Of a DNA stretch of 64,000 nucleotides, positions 56,624-64,000 are shown one piece after another. Below the pieces are notes generated by a model. The model was given only the letters and a program-made list of their open reading frames with translations. It had not been told where the DNA came from and did no database searches. The first letter of the stretch is position 1. Each line of letters begins with the position of its first letter. The stretch is taken from positions 242,661-306,660 of the forward strand of contig JBAZJW010000001.1 of the NCBI GenBank assembly GCA_041651055.1, given 5' to 3'. A program made the translations under genes and the position numbers. Source of the DNA: Minisyncoccota bacterium (GTDB lineage: Bacteria; Patescibacteriota; Minisyncoccia; Phycocordibacterales; UBA5272).

Positions 56624-57118
56624 TCACTGCATTATTGATTTCTGTTTTACTTGAAATATGTCCACGCGGTAATACTCAGTACTATCTTTCCCTATAGAAG
56701 GGCAAAACGTAAAAAGATCACCATGACTATTGTAGATCTGAACAAGAAAAGCGAAATAACAGACCGCAAGAAGTATCACATCAGCATCCGTTAGTATTTC
56801 CCCTTTCTCTTTAAGGGTTCTAATCTTGGCAAGGAAAAGTGGTGGGGCAAGTCCAAGATCCATATCCATGGAACCAAAGGATTTACTTCTAACAGCTTGC
56901 ATAGCAAGAGGTCTACTAAAAAAGAACTCCTGATCTTGATTCATACCAAAGATGTAGACACCTGCATTGGAGAGGTCAAGATAATTTTCAAAAAGATCGA
57001 AGGCAAAATCCAGTATGGAAAAATCTGAATTATCCTCGTCGATCTCTTCCAAAAAAGCCTTTATCTCCTCTCTGAATTCGAGAACGCTTTTTGATAACGG
57101 AATGCTAAGCTTGGTCAT
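56624..57118 (-). CDS. Orphan acidic hypothetical protein
   Basis: AAGGAG RBS and a 164-aa ORF ending at a shared terminator. Confidence 0.65.
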   Translation of the reverse strand: MTKLSIPLSKSVLEFREEIKAFLEEIDEDNSDFSILDFAFDLFENYLDLSNAGVYIFGMNQDQEFFFSRPLAMQAVRSKSFGSMDMDLGLAPPLFLAKIRTLKEKGEILTDADVILLAVCYFAFLVQIYNSHGDLFTFCPSIGKDSTEYYRVDIFQVKQKSIMQ

Positions 57119-57316
57119 GCTGAACTCCTTGTATTTGGGGTTTCTGAACTGCTTTCCTCTCTAAGGCTACCTAATTAAAGACATGTGCGCAACTTGTGTA
57201 CATTATTGTAGGTATGTGGTATAATAGCAGATAAGTAAGCAACTCCACGTTTCTACGGTTTCTACACTTGTAGGTATGTGCTCAGGGCTTATGGTTAATA
57301 ATTAGTTTCTACATAA

Positions 57317-57598
57317 ATGAATTCAAAACTATACATTGGTGGTATTCCTTACACTTCTACTAACGAAGATCTAAAAGCTCACTTCAGTGGCGCTGGAACA
57401 GTTGTTTCAGCTCAGATCATCATCGACAAGATGACTAACCGTTCAAAGGGCTTCGGCTTTGTTGAAATGTCATCTGACGCAGAAGCTGAGAAGGCTATTG
57501 CTATGTTCCACGATCAAGAGTTCCAGGGTCGTCGTCTAACGGTAAACGTTGCACGTCCACTCGCTCCTCGCGAAGATCGTCCACGTCGCGCATTCTAA
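57317..57598 (+). CDS. RRM (RNP-1) RNA-binding protein
   Basis: KLYIGG (RNP-2) and KGFGFVEM (RNP-1). Confidence 0.95.
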   Translation: MNSKLYIGGIPYTSTNEDLKAHFSGAGTVVSAQIIIDKMTNRSKGFGFVEMSSDAEAEKAIAMFHDQEFQGRRLTVNVARPLAPREDRPRRAF

Positions 57599-57663
57599 TT
57601 TCGATTAGAATCACGAAAACAAAATCGCCCGAAAGGGCGATTTTGTTTTGTGCGCTCAACCTC

Positions 57664-58470
57664 CTATTTTTTTTCACAGACAAGAAAGTACTCCTGATTC
57701 CCGTCCCCTCCTTGAATATGACACAGGAAAATCTGCACGGACGTCATTCCTTTTTCTTTCGCCAATATTTTGTAGTCATCGAGTATACCATTGACTAATT
57801 GCTCATCTTTCACAATTCCTTTCTTGGTATTCCCTTTTCCGACTTCAAACTGTGGCTTAATAAGTAAAAAATACAAAGCCCCCTTTGCGCCAAACCTCAC
57901 GATATCATCAAAGACATGTGTAAGAGGAATGAACGAAAGGTCGGCGACAATTATTTCATACGGTGTACTATTTTTGAAATTACGAATATCTGTATTCTCA
58001 AATACTGACACACGTGCATCATTTCTTATTTTCTCGTGCAACTGAAGTGTTCCCACATCAACAGCATCCACATGTGACACACCGTATGAGAGCAAGCAAT
58101 CTGTAAACCCTCCCGTAGAAGACCCTACATCAAGAGCAGTCTTCCCTTCCAACATTTCTCGTATTTTGCCTTCGTTTTTATTATCTAGATTTTCTGAATT
58201 TGCATTCTCATTAAATATTGAATGTTCATTTATTGAATATTTCTTTTCGGCATCCTTGATGTCAAAAAGCACTCCCTCCAACTTCTCCCCTCCTCTTGAA
58301 ACAAATTTCCTTCGCGCAGTAACCTCAATCACATCAATCTCAGCAACTTGTTTTGTCTGCTTTGTAGCAATAGAACCATTCACAAGGACGTTCCCGCTTT
58401 CAATAATTCCTTGTGCTTCAGTTCTACTTTCGCAAAGCCCCCTCTTTACCAACTCTTGATCTAATCGCAT
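57664..58470 (-). CDS. tlyA: TlyA rRNA 2'-O-methyltransferase
   Basis: S4-like MRLD start, VSRGGEKL, LDVGSSTGGFTD, LIKPQFE, GGDGNQE. Contains a low-complexity insert. Confidence 0.93.
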   Translation of the reverse strand: MRLDQELVKRGLCESRTEAQGIIESGNVLVNGSIATKQTKQVAEIDVIEVTARRKFVSRGGEKLEGVLFDIKDAEKKYSINEHSIFNENANSENLDNKNEGKIREMLEGKTALDVGSSTGGFTDCLLSYGVSHVDAVDVGTLQLHEKIRNDARVSVFENTDIRNFKNSTPYEIIVADLSFIPLTHVFDDIVRFGAKGALYFLLIKPQFEVGKGNTKKGIVKDEQLVNGILDDYKILAKEKGMTSVQIFLCHIQGGDGNQEYFLVCEKK

Positions 58471-58517
58471 GCTTTAAATATTTACATCTTTAAATATGGG
58501 TATAGTTTCCTTGGAAA

Positions 58518-59213
58518 CTATACCCCCGCCCACCCTTTCACCGTGAGTGCCTTCTTGGCCGCAGATGTCTCTGCTTCCTGCTTACTCCTCCCTTCCCCTT
58601 CTGCGATTAATTCTTCTGCAAAATAAATACCAACCTTAAAAAGTTTGTCATGGTCTGGACCTTCTTCGTTGATCACACTGTATGATGGTGTCGTGTTGTA
58701 CAACTCCTGAGCTTTCTCCTGTACAAAACTCTTTGCATCCTTATATAATCCTTTCTTAATAATTTCTGCAGTCTTACCGAGAAGTGAACGTGTGACAAAG
58801 CCTTTTGTACTCTCATACCCCTGGTCGAGATAGAGCGCTCCGATGAATGCTTCGTATGCATCAGCCAAAATAGATGAACGTGCCCGTGTGATATCTTTTG
58901 CTTCTCCTTTTGAGAGCTTCATCATGTCATTAAAATGTAATCCACCAGCCACCTCGCCGAGCGTCACAGCGTTCACTAGCGCCGAACGATACGCCGTCAA
59001 ATCCCCTTCATTGTGATGTGGGTACGTCGCATAGAGATATTCTGTGACGATAAGCTCGAGCACCGCATCGCCCAAAAATTCGAGACGCTCATTGTGCTCA
59101 AATCCATTACGTGGATTTTCATTGATGAAGCTACGGTGAATAAACGCCTGCGCGAGCAAGTCGTTATTCTTAAACTGTACACCGGTATTGTGTTGAAACT
59201 GTTCGAGGGTCAT
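58518..59213 (-). CDS. rnc: Ribonuclease III
   Basis: NERLEFLGDAVL signature and a C-terminal dsRBD. Confidence 0.98.
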   Translation of the reverse strand: MTLEQFQHNTGVQFKNNDLLAQAFIHRSFINENPRNGFEHNERLEFLGDAVLELIVTEYLYATYPHHNEGDLTAYRSALVNAVTLGEVAGGLHFNDMMKLSKGEAKDITRARSSILADAYEAFIGALYLDQGYESTKGFVTRSLLGKTAEIIKKGLYKDAKSFVQEKAQELYNTTPSYSVINEEGPDHDKLFKVGIYFAEELIAEGEGRSKQEAETSAAKKALTVKGWAGV

Positions 59214-59289
59214 GTGTTTTTATATAAATAATCAATGTAACAATATTCAATAAAAGGCTTTGTATTTTGTTTAAATATTGAATATTGAT

Positions 59290-60201
59290 TTATTGAATAT
59301 TTTCTTTCGCCTTCTCAAGAGCCTTTTCTACAAGAGGTTTGATGTCATCATACATGCGAAGGTCGAGCACCTCTTTCGCCTCGAACCACTTCGCATCGTC
59401 TAGGCCACCTTTGTTTTCTTTGTGTTCAAGGGTAAGCGGCAAATACTCAGCAGACGCCAAGTAATAACTCACATGCTTTACGATTTTACCCTGCTCTGGT
59501 TTGTTGGCAATGTATTCGTTCTCACCAAGCTTATCCAAAATGGTGACAGCAATGCCGATCTCTTCTTGTATTTCTCGTGCCGCTCCCTGCTGCTCATTTT
59601 CACCAGCTTCTATTTTTCCTTTTGGAAGTGTCCAGTAGCCGAAGACGTCGTGCACAAGTCCGATGTGAAGTTTATTGTCATGACGACTACATACGACAGC
59701 ACCTGCGAGAAGTTCACGCTTGCTCGTTTCGAAATGCTCCTTTTTACTTTTGGTGACCTGGCCTTTTTCTGGCTCACCCATTTCTTTGTAAATAGCCCCA
59801 AGCACGCCGTTGATAAACCTGCCGGATGTCTCACCTCCGAATGACTTGGCAAGTTCGATGGCTTCATCGATAGCTACCTTTGGTGGCACTTGTGCACGAT
59901 CACCGAACAAAAGCTCCGTGAGACCGATGCGAAGAATATTTCTGTCTACCATGCCGATTTTATCAAGTGGCCAGTCAGGTGCAGCACGAGTAATGATGTC
60001 ATCTAATGTGATGCGACGAGAAAGAGCGTTCACGACAATGTCTTTCGCAAAGGAAACGTCTTTGATCCCCTCACCGAATTCATCACGGTTACGCTCGAGT
60101 ATAGGCAAGAACACATCCATAGGAACACTCAAATCACCTTTCATGTCTAGTTCGAAAAGTGTTTGAAGTGCGAGTGTTCGTGCTATGTGCCGGGTACTCA
60201 T
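59290..60201 (-). CDS. nusB: NusB fused to a C-terminal Nudix hydrolase
   Basis: DRNILRIG, VAIDEAIELAKSFG, FINGVL, followed by the Nudix box PKGKIEAGE...AAREIQEEIG. Confidence 0.92.
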   Translation of the reverse strand: MSTRHIARTLALQTLFELDMKGDLSVPMDVFLPILERNRDEFGEGIKDVSFAKDIVVNALSRRITLDDIITRAAPDWPLDKIGMVDRNILRIGLTELLFGDRAQVPPKVAIDEAIELAKSFGGETSGRFINGVLGAIYKEMGEPEKGQVTKSKKEHFETSKRELLAGAVVCSRHDNKLHIGLVHDVFGYWTLPKGKIEAGENEQQGAAREIQEEIGIAVTILDKLGENEYIANKPEQGKIVKHVSYYLASAEYLPLTLEHKENKGGLDDAKWFEAKEVLDLRMYDDIKPLVEKALEKAKENIQ

Positions 60202-60240
60202 AGGGTTGTAAAGGAGCTGGTTGAGGAGAATTAGGAGAAG

Positions 60241-60444
60241 CTATGCTTTCGCGGCGCTTTTTGTGACTTTTGCCTTTACGTTAATAACTTTTTTGCCACG
60301 ATAATAACCACATGCATCACAGATGTGATGAGGGGCCTTCATAGCGCCACAGTTCTTGCAGGCAACGATATTAGCTGCTTTCAAGGCGTGGTGTGAGCGA
60401 CGGTTTGCCGTATGCGCTCGTGTGTGTCTCATTCGTACTACCAT
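60241..60444 (-). CDS. rpmF: 50S ribosomal protein L32
   Basis: RRSH, CKNCG..PHHICDACGYYRG. Confidence 0.96.
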   Translation of the reverse strand: MVVRMRHTRAHTANRRSHHALKAANIVACKNCGAMKAPHHICDACGYYRGKKVINVKAKVTKSAAKA

Positions 60445-60509
60445 AGTTGTTATATTCTACAGTATTTTCTATCATCTTGCAAATGAAGTGTTGATAACCA
60501 TAATAATGA

Positions 60510-60553
60510 CCAACAAGGCGAGGCCTTGTAGCTACAAGGCCTCGCCTTGTTGG
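60510..60553. repeat. REP doublet (perfect 44-bp palindrome) at the RAYT 3' end
   Basis: CCAACAAGGCGAGGCCTTGTAG/CTACAAGGCCTCGCCTTGTTGG. Supplies the RAYT stop codon. Confidence 0.9.
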
Positions 60554-61200
60554 TGGCCAATCATAAGCCAAGAAAGAATACTTTCTGTAAAATGTTTAGG
60601 ACTTTCAAAATATATAGGAAACTGAGATGGAGATATAACTGAATTTTCCGAACGTACAATTCCACAATAATCATGAAAACTAGAGTACGGATATTGCCTT
60701 ACAAAATCAATCACCTCTTTTCTTTTACTGATTATTTTTTCTTTCCACAAAGGGTCAACCAGCTTCGCAGGGTTTAGATGTATATACGCATACAAATAAC
60801 GCATATATCTATCATTTCCAGCATGTTGAGATTTAAATGGGCCCTCAAATAATGCTCCCGTTCTTTTATACTTTTTATTAAAATACATTACATATGCAGT
60901 GCATACCTTTTGCATAAATAAAGTGACACCTTCCTCTTCTATCTGTTTAGCTAAAATATGAAAATGATTATCCATGAGTGCATAGGCACCGATGGCCACC
61001 AACGGAGAGTCCTTCTTTGAAAAAGCAAGATCAAGAGACGAAGCGTCTACACGAGAGCGGGGCACTTGATTTAAAAGGCCCAATAATTTTACAAACCGTC
61101 TCCTATCCTGATCATCTTTAAAGATAATTTGTTTACTGTTCCCTCGATTATATACGTGATAATACTCATTTACCGCCAAAACGACACTTCTTTTTGACAT
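60532..61200 (-). mobile_element. REP-associated tyrosine transposase (RAYT, HUH/Y1)
   Basis: YYHVYNRGN, LMDNHFH (HUH), YFNKKYKRTGALF, YIHLNP, YPYSS. Flanked by REPs on both sides. Confidence 0.9.
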
Positions 61201-61219
61201 AGTAAAAGTATATACCCAA

Positions 61220-61276
61220 TACAAGGCGAGGCCTTGTAGTTTTCCCCCTTCCCTAACTACAAGGCCTCGCCTTGTA
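61220..61276. repeat. REP doublet upstream of RAYT
   Basis: TACAAGGCGAGGCCTTGTAGTT-13nt-AACTACAAGGCCTCGCCTTGTA. Confidence 0.9.
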
Positions 61277-61290
61277 AGATTCCTTTCTCT

Positions 61291-63420
61291 TTACTTCCCT
61301 CCCAGCTTATATAGAGAGTAGATTTCTGAAGCAGAGAGCGAGCGATTATATACTCGGACATCATCGAGAGACCCTGTCATTTTTCCTCTTATTCCACAAC
61401 CAGGATCTGCTCCAACTGACAGATTTTCTAAACTGTTCCAAGCAACACCTGTGGCACTTGTTGTGGTACTAAGATTACCGTTTATATACAAAGAAAGGGT
61501 CGAACCATTATATGTCCCTGCAACGTGTGTCCATTTATTGATTATAGCGTTTGAATCTGAAGAAATTCTCTTGTTTGCAGTTGTGTTACTAGTACCGAAC
61601 CCAAAAGAATATTTGTTAGGATATTCAGCACTTTCAGTACCACCTATTGATAGGTAATAACTTGCATACGTAGAACAACCAAGTCCGTGGTACATAAAAT
61701 TCTGATAAGTCGTTGTTGATGTATACACCCAAGCAGAAAGTGTCATAGGTCCACCAGTAAGACGAAGAGCTGCGCTATTTCCTGCAGTGAAATAATCATT
61801 CACCCCATCAAACCGAAGCCCCTGCCCGATCTTCCCTATAGCAACCGTTGGCCCATTCGTAAGTGTTCCATTATTTCCATTCCCACTTACATCTGTCGCG
61901 GTGGCGCTTGTCATATTCTTGCCATCAAATGTCCACCAACCGACGAGACCGGAGGTGAGGGTGAAGGTGGGAGAAACGTTAAGGCTACCAGCTTGAGATT
62001 TGTAGAGGGCGTAGATCTCTGTGGAGGAGAGTGCTCGGTTGTAGATGCGAAAATCATCTATCTTTCCATTTATATAACCATTATATCCATTTCCTATCCA
62101 CGTATAGGTTCCCGCGTCTGTACCAATAGAACCAACATAAGAGCCATCAGGAACTGAGTTTTTATATGCCCGCCAAGTCGTACCGTCGTAAGTAAGCACC
62201 ATATGATACCAAAGATTATCACTTACATTTTCTGTTATTGGATAACTATGATTCAGAAACCAATCAACTTGTGTTGGACTTGTTCTCTTCAATAAAATCC
62301 AAGGTGAAGTATCTGAAAGACTTCCAGCAATTTGCATTATTCCTTTTGTTGATTGTGCCCCTCTAAGATTCATCCAAAAAGAAATTGAAAGGGTGCTCCC
62401 TATAGCTGTTTTGTTAAGATTGCTTTTTACGTAATCGTCCACTCCGTCGAAATCCAAAGCTTGACCAATTTTACCAATAACTGCAGTTGTACCATTTGTA
62501 CGTGTCCCGTGATATCCACTACCACTCATATCCGTCGCGGTGGCGCTTGTCATATTCTTGCCATCAAATGTCCACCAACCGACGAGGCCAGAGGTGAGTG
62601 TGAAAGTGGGAGAAACGTTAAGGCTACCAGCTTGAGATTTGTAGAGAGTATAAATTTCTTGGGCAGAAAGTACGCGATTATATATACGAACATCGTCAAG
62701 AGTTCCGTCAAAGGGTCGTAGATTATCCCCTCGGTTACCGATTGTCATTCTCACTACACCTGCACCAGCATAGCCAGCTGCAGCAGACATTGTTTGAGGT
62801 ACACCATTAAGATAGACGCTTGAAAGCGTGGTTGTTCCGTCCCAAGTAACAACAGCGTGGTACCAAGTATTCAATTTATTCACACTATTATTAGGAATTT
62901 TTCTATACGATGTAACCCCTCCAATGACAATAGTTACTATAATTGAATTTTCGTCGGCGTTGCCAGTTTGAGGTATTCCAATAGCCCAATAATTTGATTG
63001 ATTAGCCGTAGAAGACTCTTCAAGCAAACGTGGTAAATTCGTTGTTAAAGAGTTACGTTTAAACCAAAATGACACAGTTTTAACATTACTCCCAGCAAAA
63101 CTACTGGCATCGGGCACAGAAACATAATCATTCGAACCGTCAAAATAAAGACCTTGTCCAATCTTCCCTTTTGTGACCAATGGCCCATTCGTACGTGTTC
63201 CATTATTTCCATTCCCACTCACATCTGTCGCGGTAGCATTCGTCATGTTCTTCCCATCAAATGTCCACCAACCAACAAGGCCGTTTGTAAGATTTTGACC
63301 GGCGGTATTTGTGGTGACCAACGCCCCCGCTTGTTGTGTATGAACAAATACCAGACATGCGAATACAACGCCGAATATCAGTACTTTATATTTTGTGAGT
63401 ATGATTTTAAGTTTGTTCAT
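61291..63420 (-). CDS. Secreted protein with three tandem LamG/ConA-like domains
   Basis: Signal peptide, then three repeats of GLVGWWTFDG...GKIGQ.L.FDG..DY...W.H...G.LDD.R.YNR.LS..EI. Confidence 0.9.
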   Translation of the reverse strand: MNKLKIILTKYKVLIFGVVFACLVFVHTQQAGALVTTNTAGQNLTNGLVGWWTFDGKNMTNATATDVSGNGNNGTRTNGPLVTKGKIGQGLYFDGSNDYVSVPDASSFAGSNVKTVSFWFKRNSLTTNLPRLLEESSTANQSNYWAIGIPQTGNADENSIIVTIVIGGVTSYRKIPNNSVNKLNTWYHAVVTWDGTTTLSSVYLNGVPQTMSAAAGYAGAGVVRMTIGNRGDNLRPFDGTLDDVRIYNRVLSAQEIYTLYKSQAGSLNVSPTFTLTSGLVGWWTFDGKNMTSATATDMSGSGYHGTRTNGTTAVIGKIGQALDFDGVDDYVKSNLNKTAIGSTLSISFWMNLRGAQSTKGIMQIAGSLSDTSPWILLKRTSPTQVDWFLNHSYPITENVSDNLWYHMVLTYDGTTWRAYKNSVPDGSYVGSIGTDAGTYTWIGNGYNGYINGKIDDFRIYNRALSSTEIYALYKSQAGSLNVSPTFTLTSGLVGWWTFDGKNMTSATATDVSGNGNNGTLTNGPTVAIGKIGQGLRFDGVNDYFTAGNSAALRLTGGPMTLSAWVYTSTTTYQNFMYHGLGCSTYASYYLSIGGTESAEYPNKYSFGFGTSNTTANKRISSDSNAIINKWTHVAGTYNGSTLSLYINGNLSTTTSATGVAWNSLENLSVGADPGCGIRGKMTGSLDDVRVYNRSLSASEIYSLYKLGGK

Positions 63421-63424
63421 ATTT

Positions 63425-64000
63425 TTATGGAGTTACGACAGGAGCTGGATCAACTACTGGTGCGGGAACTGGGTCTACAACTGCCACAGGTGTAGGGTCA
63501 ATGACTGGAGCTGGTACTGGGTCAACTGGTACAGGTACAGGATCTACCGGTGCGGGCGCCGAAGTTGGATCTACGGGCAACGGATCAACTACCGGAGTTG
63601 TTGTCGCGGTATCTGCCGGTATAGTGGTAGTGGTCGTGGCTGTGTCTATTGGAGTAGCTGTTGTACTCGTACCCGCCACCGTGCCTGTCGTCCCTGTTGG
63701 CGCTGGAGCACTTTGTACTGAAGACTGATTCGAAGCGTTCAAGAGATTCGTAAGTGTCGTCTTGTCGATACATACATCTTCGAGACAGAGTGTCTTGGCA
63801 GTGATGCGACCGTTCTCATCGATTGACCATGTGCCGTTGGCTGATGCGAGTGACTTGATGTTTGTAATGGCGACACCGTTTGCATTTAAGTCTACGTTTC
63901 CTGTGGTGAGCATATTTGTCGTCGATGCATTTCTTCCTGCAAGATCAAGCTTCTGATTACCGTTTTCGATGAGCATCATGACTCTGTCCTTACCTTGTAC
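63425..64000 (-). CDS. C-terminal part of a large surface protein with a Thr/Pro-rich tail
   Basis: The frame is open to the window edge. WSIDENG..LCLEDVCI is followed by T-rich and VDP(A/V)P repeats. Confidence 0.75.
   Translation of the reverse strand, partial: VQGKDRVMMLIENGNQKLDLAGRNASTTNMLTTGNVDLNANGVAITNIKSLASANGTWSIDENGRITAKTLCLEDVCIDKTTLTNLLNASNQSSVQSAPAPTGTTGTVAGTSTTATPIDTATTTTTIPADTATTTPVVDPLPVDPTSAPAPVDPVPVPVDPVPAPVIDPTPVAVVDPVPAPVVDPAPVVTP

Noticed and set aside
18661-57650. Similar long hairpins (18661, 24159, 44488, 49827, 52304, 53978, 57616) as a mobile repeat family
   Set aside because: Their position at gene ends and their A/T flanks fit ordinary bidirectional terminators. 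Shared sequence is limited to short stretches.
155-63956. Numerous long antisense or overlapping ORFs in the track (e.g. 1828-2517, 23471-24055, 30391-30966, 32504-33103)
   Set aside because: They are shadows of well-supported genes on the opposite strand, with no motifs or expression signals.
1-64000. CRISPR array, cas genes, retron/DGR reverse transcriptase, integrase or prophage
   Set aside because: No regularly spaced repeats with unique spacers and no such protein motifs in any ORF. The heptamer tracts and REP doublets are not CRISPR-like.

Overview
A 64-kb chromosomal segment of a small-genome bacterium, very probably Patescibacteria/CPR (Parcubacteria-like). This is inferred from the shortened aminoacyl-tRNA synthetases, a PriA lacking helicase motifs, a NusB-Nudix fusion, a membrane-anchored baseplate-J-like protein and LamG surface proteins. 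Standard code 11 is used. Most of the window is housekeeping: aspS, trpS, dnaKJ/grpE, the alpha-operon ribosomal genes, alaS, ychF, mraZ-rsmH-ftsI, lysS, greA, mreBC-mrdA, proS, rseP, frr, priA, def/fmt, hpf, tRNA-Asn, an ABC-F, tlyA, rnc, nusB and rpmF. Lone orphan genes are scattered between these. The strongest non-routine signals are: (1) a minimal T-box riboswitch before aspS with an ultrashort Stem I, no Stem II and an AAC (Asn) specifier; (2) a stand-alone ~390-nt highly structured RNA with its own promoter and terminator beside tRNA-Asn; (3) five ERIC-like 120-150 bp structured repeats, four of which overlap stop codons and all of which fold best on the strand antisense to the neighbouring gene; (4) a CsoR-operator-controlled operon containing an ATP-grasp ligase; (5) a two-gene module pairing a protein that ends in an SSB-like tail (DDDSDIPF) with a divergent HhH-GPD/Fe-S glycosylase; (6) a RAYT transposase with REP doublets, plus small palindromes and heptamer repeats inserted in frame in core genes; (7) pervasive leaderless-type promoters. 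No CRISPR array, rRNA, integrase or prophage was seen. All family assignments come from motif recognition by eye, not from database searches.
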